A stretch of 64,000 nt of DNA from the NCBI GenBank assembly GCA_951406725.2, contig OX597841.1:18290001-18354000 (forward strand), written 5' to 3'. Position 1 is the first letter of the stretch; the number at the start of each line of letters is the position of its first letter. The position numbers and the translations under genes are program-made. The DNA comes from Octopus vulgaris (lineage: Eukaryota). The notes under the pieces were generated by a model. The model was given only the letters and a program-made list of their open reading frames with translations. It did no database searches and was not told the DNA's origin. This document shows positions 13,097 to 26,042 of the stretch, one piece after another.

Positions 13097-13781
13097 CCCA
13101 ATGGCCATCCTCCACATGCACCCAATGGCCATCCTCCACATGCACCCAATGGCCATCCTCCACATGCACCCAATGGCCATCCTCCACATGCACCCAATGG
13201 CCATCCTCCACATGCACCCAATGGCCATCCTCCACATGCACCCAATGGCCATCCTCCACATGCACCTCAATGGCCATCCTCCACATGCACCCAATGGCCA
13301 TCCTCCACATGCACCCAATGGCCATCCTCCACATGCACCCAATGGCCATCACCCAATCCATCACATGCACCCAATGGCCATCCTCATGCACATGCATCCT
13401 CAATGGCCATCCTCCACATGCACCCAATGGCCATCCTCCACATGCACCCAATGGCACCCACATGCACCCAATGGCCATCCTCCACATGCACCCAATGGCC
13501 ATCCTCCACATGCACCCAATGGCCATCCTCCACATGCACCCAATGGCCATCCTCCACATGCACCCAATGGCCATCCTCCACATGCACCCAATGGCCATCC
13601 TCCACATGCACCCAATGGCCATCCTCCACATGCACCCAATGGCCATCCTCCACATGCACCCAATGGCCATCCTCCACATGCACCCAATGGCCATCCTCCA
13701 CATGCACCCAATGGCCATCCTCCACATGCACCCAATGGCCATCCTCCACATGCACCCAATGGCCATCCTCCACATGCACCC
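13097..13781. repeat. 24-bp minisatellite CCCAATGGCCATCCTCCACATGCA, about 28 copies
   Basis: Near-perfect tandem units with a few indel variants around 13265-13460. Confidence 0.97.
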
Positions 13782-14304
13782 CAGGCCGTTGGGAAGCGTT
13801 GCCATTCCACTTCCATATATGGAACACACAGAGACTCCATATTAACTAGAAACAGAGAAAAGGTGCCTGTCTATATCCCAGGGTTGCTCTCAGCCCATTT
13901 TGCTCCACCTTTCATACATACTGGCACTACACACGCAACACAGATTATTCATTTCTCTCCAGTTATAAAATATGGTGTTCTGCTGACGAACGTAACGAAA
14001 GATGAGTTCACAACTCACAATCTGCACCCTCGGTCCAATAATGTAAAACGTAAGCCAGCTCAGTCACCAGGACATTTTCCCACTGCATACATACACACTG
14101 CATTATACACATCTACATATGTAAGTACATATATATACATAAGTAAATATACATATATATATACATAAGTAAATATACATATATATATATACATAAGTAA
14201 ATATACATATATATATACATAAGTAAATATACATATATATATACATAAGTAAATATACATATATATATACATAAGTAAATATACATATATATATACATAA
14301 GTAA

Positions 14305-14359
<55 letters not shown>

Positions 14360-14836
14360 TATACATATATATCCTGTGAGGAAATTTGATGCCCACCCCC
14401 ACAGCCTCCGAGCCAACTACTTGCTGCATCATCAAAGTCAAAAGGAAATAATTATATTGCTATTCATACTCAAACCATCTCCTGCTCACCACCCAACACC
14501 ATCCTCATCCTCATCATCCTCATCCTCCTTACAGTTAATAATAAGCCTCATCATTATCCTCGCCAACATTTAATCATCATCATCATCATCATCATTAGCC
14601 TCATTACCCTTAATAATAAGCATCACCATCATATGATTATTATTATCATTATTAAGGTAACGGGCAGGCAGAATGCTTAGTGGCATTTCATCCGTCTTTA
14701 TGTTGTGAGTTCAAATTCCATGGAGGCCAACTTTGCCTTTCATCCTTTTGGAGTTGATAAAATAAGGACCCCCTGGGGTCAATGTAGTCGGCTTCCCCCT
14801 CCCTCCAAATTGCTGGTCTTGCATCAAATTTGAAGC

Positions 14837-14867
<31 letters not shown>

Positions 14868-15122
14868 TGATTAGACTGTTGGAAAAGAGAAAACATCAAG
14901 CTACAACAAGTAACCTTAGATGCCAAGAACCCCCCTAAAGTATTACAACAAGTACCCTTAGATGCCAAGAACCCCCCTAAAGTATTACTCCCTAAAGTAT
15001 TGAACAAGTAACCTTAGATGCCAAGAACCCTCCTAAGTATCCTAGCTGTCCCTGTTTTCTGCAGCTGTACGAAACTGGGTTTTATGCCTATTTCCTCTAT
15101 CCTTCTGCTCAGATCTTTAGGG

Positions 15123-15172
<50 letters not shown>

Positions 15173-15174
15173 CA

Positions 15175-15205
<31 letters not shown>

Positions 15206-15504
15206 CATTATTATTATTATTATTATTATTATACACTCAACAGCTTAGACTGTTGGAAAAGAAAAGAATCCTAACATCGTGCTCCAACAAGTTGCCTGAA
15301 ATGCCAAGAACCCCCTAGGTAACCTTAGATGCCAAGAACCCTCCTAAGTATCCTAGCTGTCCCTGTTTTCTGCAGCTGTACGAAACCCTGGGTTTTATGC
15401 CTATTTCCTCTATCCTTCTGCTCAGATCTTTAGTCATCATCATCATCATCATCATCATCACCATCATCATCACCATCATCATCATCATTATTATTATAAT
15501 TATA

Positions 15505-15539
<35 letters not shown>

Positions 15540-15550
15540 CATTATTATTA

Positions 15551-15585
<35 letters not shown>

Positions 15586-15886
15586 GTTATACACTCAACA
15601 GCTTAGACTGTTGGAAAAGAAAAGAATCCTAACATCGTGCTCCAACAAGTTGCCTGAAATGCCAAGAACCCCCTAAAGTATTACAACAAGTAACCTTAGA
15701 TGCCAAGAACCCCCTAAAGTATTACAACAAGTAACCTTAGATGCCAAGAACCCCCCTAAGTATTACAACAAGTAACCTTAGATGCCAAGAACCCTCCTAA
15801 GTATCCTAGCTGTCCCTGTTTTCTGCAGCTGTACGAAACTGGGTTTTATGCCTATTTCCTCTATCCTTCTGCTCAGATCTTTAGGG

Positions 15887-15936
<50 letters not shown>

Positions 15937-16266
15937 CATCATATTATTATTATCATTATTATTATTATTATTATTATTATACACTCAACAGCTTAGACTG
16001 TTGGAAAAGAAAAGAATCCTAACATCGTGCTCCAACAAGTTGCCTGAAATGCCAAGAACCCCCTAAAGTATTACAACAAGTAACCTTAGATGCCAAGAAC
16101 CCTCCTAAGTATCCTAGCTGTCCCTGTTTTCTGCAGCTGTACGAAACTGGGTTTTATGCCTATTTCCTCTATCCTTCTGCTCAGATCTTTAGGGATCATC
16201 ATCATCATCATCATCATCATCACCATCATCATCACCATCATCATCATCATTATTATTATAATTATA

Positions 16267-16301
<35 letters not shown>

Positions 16302-16312
16302 CATTATTATTA

Positions 16313-16347
<35 letters not shown>

Positions 16348-16711
16348 GTTATACACTCAACAGCTTAGACTGTTGGAAAAGAAAAGAATCCTAACATCGT
16401 GCTCCAACAAGTTGCCTGAAATGCCAAGAACCCCCCTAAAGTATTACAACAAGTAACCTTAGATGCCAAGAACCCCCCTAAAGTATTACAACAAGTAACC
16501 TTAGATGCCAAGAACCCCCCCTAAGTATTACAACAAGTAACCTTAGATGCCAAGAACCCTCCTAAGTATCCTAGCTGTCCCTGTTTTCTGCAGCTGTACG
16601 AAACTGGGTTTTATGCCTATTTCCTCTATCCTTCTGCTCAGATCTTTAGGGATCATCATCATCATCATCATCATTATTATTATTATTATTATTATTATCA
16701 TTATTATTATT

Positions 16712-16752
<41 letters not shown>

Positions 16753-16753
16753 C

Positions 16754-16807
<54 letters not shown>

Positions 16808-17142
16808 CACTCAACAGCTTAGACTGTTGGAAAAGAAAAGAATCCTAACATCGTGCTCCAACAAGTTGCCTGAAATGCCAAGAACCCCCCTAAAGTATTA
16901 CAACAAGTACCCTTAGATGCCAAGAACCCCCCTAAAGTATTACAACAAGTAACCTTAGATGCCAAGAACCCTCCTAAGTATCCTAGCTGTCCCTGTTTTT
17001 TGCAGCTGTACGAAACTGGGTTTTATGCCTATTTCCTCTATCCTTCTGCTCAGATCTTTAGGGATCATCACCATCATTATTATTATAATTATTATTATTA
17101 TTATAATTATTATTATTATTATTATCATTATTATTATTATTA

Positions 17143-17173
<31 letters not shown>

Positions 17174-17252
17174 CATTATTATCATTATTATTATCATTAT
17201 TATCATTATTATTATCATTATTATCATTATTATTATCATTATTATCATTATT

Positions 17253-17287
<35 letters not shown>

Positions 17288-17364
17288 TATCATTATTATT
17301 ATTATCATTATTATCATTATTATTATTATTATTATCATTATTATTATTATCATTATTATTATTA

Positions 17365-17395
<31 letters not shown>

Positions 17396-17427
17396 AATTA
17401 TTATTATTATTATAATTATTATTATTA

Positions 17428-17458
<31 letters not shown>

Positions 17459-17478
17459 CATTATTATTATCATTATTA

Positions 17479-17521
<43 letters not shown>

Positions 17522-17525
17522 TATT

Positions 17526-17560
<35 letters not shown>

Positions 17561-17562
17561 TA

Positions 17563-17594
<32 letters not shown>

Positions 17595-17972
17595 GTTATT
17601 GTTATACACTCAACAGCTTAGACTGTTGGAAAAGAAAAGAATCCTAACATCGTGCTCCAACAAGTTGCCTGAAATGCCAAGAACCCCCTAAAGTATTACA
17701 ACAAGTACCCTTAGATGCCAAGAACCCCCCTAAAGTATTACAACAAGTACCCTTAGATGCCAAGAACCCCCCTAAAGTATTACAACAAGTACCCTTAGAT
17801 GCCAAGAACCCTCCTAAGTATCCCAGCTCTCCCTAACAGCCCTGCTTTCTGGACTTGTACTAAACTGGCTTTTATGCCTATTTCCTCTATCCATCAGTTC
17901 AGATTTTTAGGGATAGTTCCTAATGCCCCTATAACTACAGGGGTACATTTTACCCACACTTTCCATATCTCT
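14868..17972 (-). mobile_element. Tandem array of 7 truncated 3' ends of an R4/Dong-like REL non-LTR retrotransposon, separated by (ATC)n/(ATT)n
   Basis: The minus-strand translation of the last unit, PVVIGALGTIPKNLN*WIEEIGIKASLVQVQKAGLLGRAGILRRVLGI*, resembles the R4-clade C-terminus. The other units read IPKDLSRRIEEIGIKPSFVQLQKTGTARILRRVLGI*. Units have (TAA)n tails and internal sub-repeats of about 40 bp. Confidence 0.8.
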
Positions 17973-18466
17973 CTAACGCAATGGCTGGGTCCTCCTACTT
18001 TACTATTCACGCTGGGCAAAATGCTTAGCAGCATTTTGTCTGTCTTTATGTTCTGAGTTCAAACTCCACTGAGGTCGACTTTGCCGTTTATCCTTTCAGG
18101 GTCAACAAATTAAGTACCAGTGAAACACTGGAGTCAATGTAATTGACTAGTCCCCTCCCCCCCAATTTCAGGCCTTGTGACTTTGGTAGAAGGATTATTA
18201 TTATTGTTGTTGTTGTTATCATCATCATCATCACTATCAACATTTAAGAGCAGCTGACAAGGGATTGGTTGTTTATGCTTATGCTAGAAATAACAGCACA
18301 ATCTCAAATCTGGACAGAAACCCTGCTGAAGGTCGTTGTGGTGGTGTGTTATGGATGTCAGCAAAAGAAGTAAACATCAGAGGCAGAGAAACGAGCAAAA
18401 GTTAGGTTTTCAAATGAAAAAAAAATCTATGGGGAATATTATTTGTTTTGCCCAAATTGTGTAGAC

Positions 18467-18681
18467 CAGTGGTTTTCAACCAGGGTTCCCCGGAACCTTA
18501 GGGTTCTGCCAGTCCAGGGGTATCGCAAGAAGTTACAAAACTGCTAAAATCGGCAGTAATTTTTAATTCTCCTGTGCAGATATGTGTGCATAAGACTATT
18601 AAATTATTGCACAGGGGTTCCTCATTCCAGTGGAATGTTTCCTTGGGGGTTCCGCTCCAGCAAAAAGTTTGAAAAGCACTG
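18467..18681. mobile_element. hAT-type MITE with 8-bp TSD (second copy 35522-35737)
   Basis: TIRs CAGTGGTTTTCAAC / TTTGAAAAGCACTG; TSD GTGTAGAC at 18459-18466 and 18682-18689. Confidence 0.9.
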
Positions 18682-18992
18682 GTGTAGACTATCCCTTGTC
18701 AATCTGGCTATAAGAAAATGCAACAAACTACTGAGTGACTGGTTTGAAGTCCTGAAACCAACAACCTTATACTTCAGGAAATAAGATTAAGTGCCAACAA
18801 TGGATCAGTCCTTTGTGCTAGAAATAGCAACAAAATCTCAACTCTGGAAACAAACACAACACATCACCAAAATCATGGTGGTGTGTTGTGCAGGTCATCA
18901 AAAGTAGCAAACATCAGAGAGAAAAACTAGCAAAATCCATGCTTTCAAATGAAAAACCCTTGTGAAATGATACTATTTGTTCTGCTTTAGTT

Positions 18993-19061
18993 GTGGAGGT
19001 GCAATGGCCCAATGGTTAGGGCAGCGGACTCGCGGTCGTAGAATTGCGGTTTCGATTCCCA
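18993..19061 (+). mobile_element. Isolated tRNA(Arg-like) SINE head
   Basis: TGGCCCAATGG A-box, GACTCGCGGTC anticodon-like arm, GTTTCGATTCCC B-box. Truncated against an inverted SINE A fragment. Confidence 0.55.
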
Positions 19062-19210
19062 CTCACAAGCCCCTGAGGCTATAGCAGAAGACACCCAAGA
19101 TGCTACACAGTGGAACTGAAACCAGAACCATGTGGTTGGGAAGCATTCCAAGTTGTTGGGTAGTAGAGCCAAGCCACTGACCAGGTCCTTCAGTGGCTTT
19201 AATCCAGTTA

Positions 19211-20457
19211 CACAGTGCATTCCAGAAGTTTTGAGATTTTTTCTTTTTTTTTTATCGGAGAATCAGTCATAACTATCCTAGATTATTATAATTCTAGTCT
19301 ATCCTAACTGCAAATCTAATAAGCTGACCTGCCAACTTTTCTCATTCCAGACTGAAGGAGGAGATGCTGCCTGTCACAGCAGACAAGTTTGCAGAATGCA
19401 ATCGGAAGATGGAGACAAGTTGGAAGCTCACAAAGCATTAAAGATTTGTTTTAAATGGATCAAAAACCCTGCAGACACTTATGAAATGCTTCGGACTGCT
19501 TAAGGATGAACTTGTATGAACCGGGAATTCTGTTTTCCACTGGCACCAACAGTCCAGACAAAGCAAGTCCAGTGAGAAGCTCGTGATGATCCCACTTTTC
19601 AACAACAAGGGTATCAATATATCCACTAGGTTCCTATTTCTTTATTGACCACAAGGGGCTAAATGTAGAGGGGACAAATAAGGACAGACAAACAGATTAA
19701 GTCAATTACATCGACCCCAGTGCGTAACTGGTACTTAATTTATTGATCCCAAAAGGATGAAAGGCAAAGTCGGCCGCGGCAGAATTTGAACTCACATCGT
19801 AGACAGATGAAATACCTATTTCTTTACTACCCACAAGGGGCTAAATACAAAGGGGACAAACAAGGACAGTCAAATGGATTAAGTAGATTGCATCGATCCC
19901 AGTGCGTAACTGGTACTTAATTTATTGATCCCGAAAGGATGAAAGGCAAAGTCGACCTCGGTGGAATTTGAACTCAGAATGTAACGGCAGACGAAATACA
20001 GCTACGCATTTCGCCCGGCGTGCTAACGGTTCTGCCAGCTCACCGCCTTAATCCACTAGGTTCTCTGTGGCCAGATGGTTTTAAGATGGTTTAGGAAGAG
20101 ATTTTGTAGCAGAAGACCAGAGTCTGGGTCAATGGCACCAGAACAGTGCAGCAGTCCACAATTCCATCCTGGTAACCAACTACATGACAGGGAATGGCAT
20201 CAAAATGGTCCAGCACCCTACCTTCAGTCCAGACCTTATTCCTTGATACTTTTGGTTGTTTCCCCAGGATGAAGGAGGCTGTGACAAGAACCTGAACACC
20301 TTCACTTTGAAGGACTTCCATGGGGCCTTTCCGCAATGGCTGGAGTGCTATAACAATTGCATTGAAGTCAGAGGACCCTACTTTAAAGGAGATTAAGGCT
20401 TTATATATTTTTGAAATTAATAAATGTCTCTCTGGAAAAAGTCTTAAAACTTCTGGA
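19211..20457 (+). mobile_element. Deleted mariner element interrupted by a SINE B dimer
   Basis: TIR-like ends TCCAGAAGTTTTGAGATTTTT / AAAAAGTCTTAAAACTTCTGGA. Translated fragments include KICFKWIKNPADTYEMLRTA, RQSKSSEKLVMIPLFNNKG, HPTFSPDLIP and WLECYNNCIEVRGPYFKGD*. Confidence 0.8.
19634..20050 (-). mobile_element. SINE family B dimer with 13-bp TSD
   Basis: TSD ATCCACTAGGTTC at 19621-19633 and 20051-20063, with two tandem body modules. Confidence 0.9.
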
Positions 20458-20572
20458 CTGTGTGGTAAGAAGCTTGCTTCCCAAAATTCCAGGTTCAGTC
20501 CCACTGCAGAGCATCTTGGGCCGACCAAAGCCTAAAGGGAGTAGATTTGGTAAACAGAAACTGGAAGAAGCT

Positions 20573-20621
<49 letters not shown>

Positions 20622-20679
20622 CATACACACACATATATATATATATGTAAATATATATATATAAATATATACACACGTG

Positions 20680-20711
<32 letters not shown>

Positions 20712-21060
20712 CATATATACACACACATATATATATAAATACATACACACACACACATATATATATACACACATATATATATATATATACCCACATATAT
20801 ACATACACATATATACACACACATATACACACACACATAGACGCACACATACACATTTGTGTGTGTGTATCTGTGTCTCACTGCCATTGCTTGGCAACTG
20901 GTGTTGGTCTGTTTACATCCAATAACTTAGTAGTTTGTCAAAAGAGACCAATAGAATAAGTACTAGGCTTACAGAGTATAAGTCCTGGTGTCGATTTCTT
21001 CAACTGAAACCCTTTAAAGCAGTGCTCCAGCATGGCCGCAGTCAAGTGACTGAAACACGC
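20458..21060 (+). mobile_element. SINE family A with expanded internal microsatellite
   Basis: Head 20458-20575, about 300 bp (TA/CA)n, and tail to 21060. Confidence 0.8.
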
Positions 21061-22406
21061 AAAGGAATGCACCTTGTAACTCCCACTGCTGCAAGAATTC
21101 AGGCCTAGACTTTGGTTTGAGGATAATTTCCTCCCCTCCTTCCATCCATCTCAAAGGCTCTGAGAAAAAAAGGGAATCAAGGGCTCTACCCTTCCCTACC
21201 CAACTAATCAATACAGAAAAAACAACAATCCCAAACAAGAGCCCCTACGTATATTCTCTGATCCCACTGCAACCAGCTTAAGGATGGGGGGGGGGAAGGG
21301 GTTATTCATAGACATGCAACCATCCCAATATATTTACACATACTGCAGGCTTGGATTTGTCATCGATCTTTCTCCTTTAAACTCTTTTCTCTCTCACTCC
21401 TTGTGTCTGCAGCCACCACCACCACCTACCACTTCTTTCCTTTGCTGGATTATTGCCATTCAACCGCCCCCCCCCACCCCCACCTCTTTGTTCTCACTCA
21501 ACTCCATCACAGTGATAGTCTCTCTTCCAATTTCTATTTTGCTTGTGGTTTACCTCCTCCCACTTCTCTATTTCTTTCTCTTTCCCTCCCTCTCACTTGT
21601 ATGCCCTTCCTTCTCTTTTCCTAATCTTCCTTTCTTTCTACTCTTCTTTCTCTCACTCCTTCCTCCCCTTCTCTCTCATCACTCGCAACCATCTTCCATC
21701 CAGCTCCTCTTTTTTCCCAATACATCAGGCCACACAGTCACTACATACAGCATCTCTCCAACCACCCTCCATCTACTGTTTCCAACAGTTATTTGGTAAA
21801 ATGAATTGCAATAGTAAATTGGGGACTACCATTACAAAGATTCCAGCCTTGAGACTTACACACAGGAGACTTTACAGTCAGGGTCCAGATGGGGGGCTCA
21901 ACACAAGCAAAATAATAAATTGGGGATCCACAGTAGTATTGTAAGGGTTTACGAAAAATTTTTGCTTCAGGCGTATTTAGTGCAAGAAAGAGCAAGGTTT
22001 CTTTCTATAACGTTTTACGTAGTTCTACAAAATGGAAAGAAGCATCTATAAAACTAGATTTTAAATACTGAATGGCTAACAAGGAGTGCACCCATGTGAA
22101 ATAAGAATCAAGGGGATCCATAGATACGATATTTTTTTATCTATGGATTACATAGAACTACTGCTCTGGTGCCCGACACAAGAATACTTAACTCTTACAC
22201 AAACTCTTCAACGGCATCCCCAGTTAATGACAGGATTCATTCGAATCATATGCTACACAATCACCTCCTGTTTATATTCTACACAATATGAAGTGTTATG
22301 GTCATCTCTACAGACTTTCTAAAGCCAGCACTGATCCTCTTATGACACTTCATATCCAAGATGTCAGATGTAAACAAACAATGAGATCAAAGATGTCAAA
22401 ATGAGT

Positions 22407-22460
22407 AATGGGCGTAGAGACACATTTCGGGAGATTCCGCTCCCTCATCAGCACCCATCC
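22407..22460 (-). ncRNA. Type I hammerhead-like motif in otherwise unique sequence
   Basis: gatgggtg-CTGATGA-gggag(cggaat)ctccc-GAAA-tgtgtctc-TA-cgcccatt. The core is perfect, stem II is 5 bp, stem I is 7-8 bp and stem III is poor. Confidence 0.55.
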
Positions 22461-22549
22461 AACCCATTAATAATCATCCGCGAACTCATTGCTTAAATAG
22501 CCACTCCATCGAGTCGAATAATGTTATTAGACATACAAACTTATATATT

Positions 22550-23288
22550 AAGGCACGTAAAAAGCACCATCCGAATCGTGGCCGATGCCAGTGCCACCTT
22601 GACTGGCTTCCGTGCCGGTGGCATGTAAAATGCACCAATCCTATCGTGGCCATTTGCCAGCCTCGCCTGGCACCTGTGCAGGTGGCACGTAAAAAGCACC
22701 CACTACACGGAGTGGTTGGCGTTAGGAAGAGCATCCAGCTGTAGAAACACTGCCAGATCAGACGGTCGAACCGTCCAACCCATGCTGGCATGGAGAACGG
22801 ATGTTAAACGATGATGATGATGATTCCTGGAAGCTGGAACGTAAACATTGTGCTGGCTTTAATTCCAATACTAAAACTGTAGAGAGGGCATTAACGAGGG
22901 ATTTAGGTGCACTGCTAACACAGTAGAACATGCTATCGATTTATGAAAACGTTTCATATACTTTGTAGCATAACAAAATACCGTGTGCCTACAAGTCAAC
23001 AATATATAGTTTGCAGAAATGCCACACACAACACAGGCATTGCATCAAGGCAATGTAGCTGATGCCGGTGTCACGTAACTGGCACCTGTGCCAGAGGCGC
23101 ACAAGAGCACCCATTACACTCTTGGAGTGGTTGGCATTAGGAAGGGCATCCAACTGTAGAAACCATGCTAAATCAGACTGGAGTCTGGTGCAGCCCCCCC
23201 TCAACCTACCAGCCTTGGTCAAAGAGTCTAACCCATGCCAACATGGACAACAGACGTTAAACGATGATGATGATGATGATGATGATGA
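22550..23288 (+). mobile_element. Two SINE family C copies (22550-22822, 23050-23288); others at about 2150-2290, 28850-29100, 33065-33213, 35195-35898, 60090-60662, 62810-62957
   Basis: Shared GAGTGGTTGGCGTTAGGAAGGGCATCCAGCTGTAGAAA...CCAACCCATGCCAGCATGG...GTTAAACGATGATGAT, plus internal GGTGGCACGTAAAAAGCACC sub-repeats. Confidence 0.8.
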
Positions 23289-23784
23289 ATGAGCCCAAAC
23301 GCTGGAGTAGATAAGTGGAGATGGATAGAAACACAATTCTACATGTTGCACAGATAATGTTGCACACAGGTCAGGATCATTGCAGTGCATCTGAGAGCAG
23401 AGTAGAAACTTAACAGGATAATATTAGTGCTAAGGCCAACTAGGGCAGCCAGATGGCAGAGTGGTTTGTGCACCAGGCACAATACTGAGTGGCATTCTTC
23501 GTGTTCTGAGTTCAAATTCCACCTAGGTCAACTTTGCCTTTTCATCCTTTGGGAGGTCAACAAAGTAAGTACTAGTTTAGTACTGGGATTGATGTATTCA
23601 ACTTACCCCCTCCCCCCACCGAAACTGCTGGTCTTGTGCCAAACTTTTAAACTAATATTAGAAAACAGAATCACAAGGTTTAACGCTTTAGTAATCAAAT
23701 TACTCCAACAAATTTAATATTAATTCACATTGTTTTCAATTAATCATGTCTTAACTCATAGCTTCCAGATTTCAATGATGTGAC

Positions 23785-24177
23785 TCTTTTACTTGTTTCA
23801 GTCATTTGACTGTGGCCATGCTGGAGCACCGCCTTTAGTCGAGCAAATCGACCCCGGGACTTATTCTTTGTAAGCCCAGTACTTATTCCATCGGTTTCTT
23901 TTGCCGAACCGCTAAGTGATGGGGACGTAAACACACCAGCATCGGTTGTCAAGCAATGCTAGGGGGACAGACACACAAACACACACACACATACATATAT
24001 ATATACATATATACGACAGGCTTCTTTCAGTTTCCGTCTACCAAATCCACTCACAAGGCATTGGTCGGCCAGGGGCTATAGTGGAAGACACTTGCCCAAG
24101 ATGCCACGCAGTGGGACTGAACCCGGAACCATGTGGTTGGTTAGCAAGCTACTTACCATACAGCCACTGCTGCGCCT
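23785..24177 (-). mobile_element. SINE family A, full length
   Basis: Near-consensus copy. Confidence 0.9.
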
Positions 24178-24835
24178 ATATTTTATTTTTAAAATGACAT
24201 TGTAGGGTAGGTGTGAGAGTTCAGATCTGACTAGCTTGGACGTAAAACGGGTAGAATATTCAGGCTGGATATGACCAAAGATGTAAATTTGAGAGTGGGA
24301 TATGGTCAATTATATCAACAGCAGAACTTACAGACTAGCTTGGCAATGAATGATGGTCACCTCATTACCATGGCTGACACGGCTGAAAAAGACCGACATG
24401 TTGGACTGGCAGAACTGCTTGAATGTCTGAGAAAATGTTTTGTGGGATTAGCTGCCATTCTTTCTTTATATACTGAGTTCAGATCTTGCTAGGGTCAGCT
24501 TAGCCTTTTATTCTTTGGGGTCAAGCAGTTGGACATGAGGACAATGGAATTGAGGCACTGAAAAAAGGGGAGAAGATTTAACTTCCAATCAATTTGCTTA
24601 ACAGCAAGAAAGGGTTGCATGAACCCTTGTGCCAAACGGACAACAAACGAAAAACTAACATTTTTTTCTTAAGGATAGCTTTTATTACATTTATGAATTT
24701 GTTTTGCAAGATTCCTGATGTGAAATCGTTCGTTGAAACAGATTTTGTTAGATTTCAGGATGGTCGTTATTATCTTTTCTTTTTTTTTGTTGTTTGTCAA
24801 ATAAACAGACACACTATATATTTGTTCTTGATTAT

Positions 24836-24978
24836 TGTCCATTTTCTGGGAATCTTCCGTCACACATCTGTAACCACTTCAGCGACAGAATGGATTTGAC
24901 AGAACAGGATGAAGTGTGGATGGAAGAGTCACTGAAGGGGTCGTGGACGTGTGACGAAAGATTTCCAGACAATGGACA
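24836..24978. other. Isolated 51-bp-arm imperfect hairpin in unique sequence
   Basis: 24836-24886 versus the reverse complement of 24928-24978: 41/51 identical, ungapped, with a 41-nt loop. Confidence 0.8.
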
Positions 24979-25262
24979 GAAGATAAAATAGTAATAAACA
25001 AGTGAAGAACGGATATATGGTGTGTGTGTGTGTGTGTGTGTTTATTTGGCAAGTCAAGAAAAAAATAATAAAAGATGACTATCCCAAAATATAACAATAT
25101 AACGATTAGTATTTTCACTTTAGATAAGTACAAGAATAATTAAAATGATACAATAACTCTCTTCTAGAGATTATAAAAATGAAGCCACTAAGAAAAGACA
25201 GATTGGAAGAGGAATTCATTCGGGCTTTCTTGTTCAGGTCAAATAATTCTTTCTTTCTTATA

Positions 25263-25650
25263 TTCTTTTACTTGTTTCAGTCATTTGACTGCGGCCATGC
25301 TGCAGCACCACCTTTAGTCAAGCAAATCGACCCCAGGACTTATTCTTTGTAAGCCTAGTAGTTATTCTATCAGTCTCGTAAGCTGAACCGCTAAGTTACG
25401 GGGACGTAAACATACCAGCATCGGTTGTCAAGCGATCTTGGGGGGACAAACACAGACACAAACATACACACACACAAACATATATATGACGGGCTTCTTT
25501 CAGTTTCCGTCTACCAAATCCACTCACAAGGCTTTGGTCGGCCCGGGGCTATAGTACAAGACACTTGCCGATGGTGCCATGCAGTGGGACTGAACCCAGA
25601 ACCATGTGGTTGGTAAGAAAGCTACTTACCACACAGCCACTCCTACGCCT
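25263..25650 (-). mobile_element. SINE family A, full length
   Basis: Near-consensus copy. Confidence 0.9.
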
Positions 25651-26042
25651 ATAACAAATGTACAAATTGAGAAAAAAAAAACAAAAACCATTGCACTTTT
25701 CTATCCAGAACTAATTGAAGCATCACTTTCTTCTTAGCAATCCAAAACATTGTCATCATCATCATCAAACTCATCTGATGACAGAGAGTCAGAAAAAACT
25801 TCATCACCATCAATTTTGCATTTGTGACTTGATTTCTTCTATTGATAAGTGTTAATTACATTTAGGCATATTTCAATGAAGCAGACCCTCGGGTATCTGA
25901 AGGTGGCTGCATCCACATAAAAGAGTTGAAACATCAAGTGATGAAGCCTGCTTTTCTCTAATGAAACATCCATTGATGATGTCCACTGTTGAAGGCTTAA
26001 ACTATTGAACTAATGGTCACTAGACATACTCGTCAGATAAAG

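Noticed and set aside
13975-14090. CTGACGA...GAAA motif, and a possible 64-nt minus-strand micro-exon (WENVLVTELAYVLHYWTEGAD)
   Set aside because: The motif lacks stem I/II pairing. The acceptor has no polypyrimidine tract and the peptide is unrecognised.
12998-14168. His/Pro-rich ORF (PNGHPPHA)n suggesting a histidine-rich structural protein
   Set aside because: The 24-bp unit is stop-free in all six frames, units show no synonymous variation, indels shift the frame, and the ORF start lies in a SINE.
21284-21799. 171-aa hydrophobic/Pro-rich ORF
   Set aside because: It is a translation of a low-complexity pyrimidine-rich tract with no recognisable domain.
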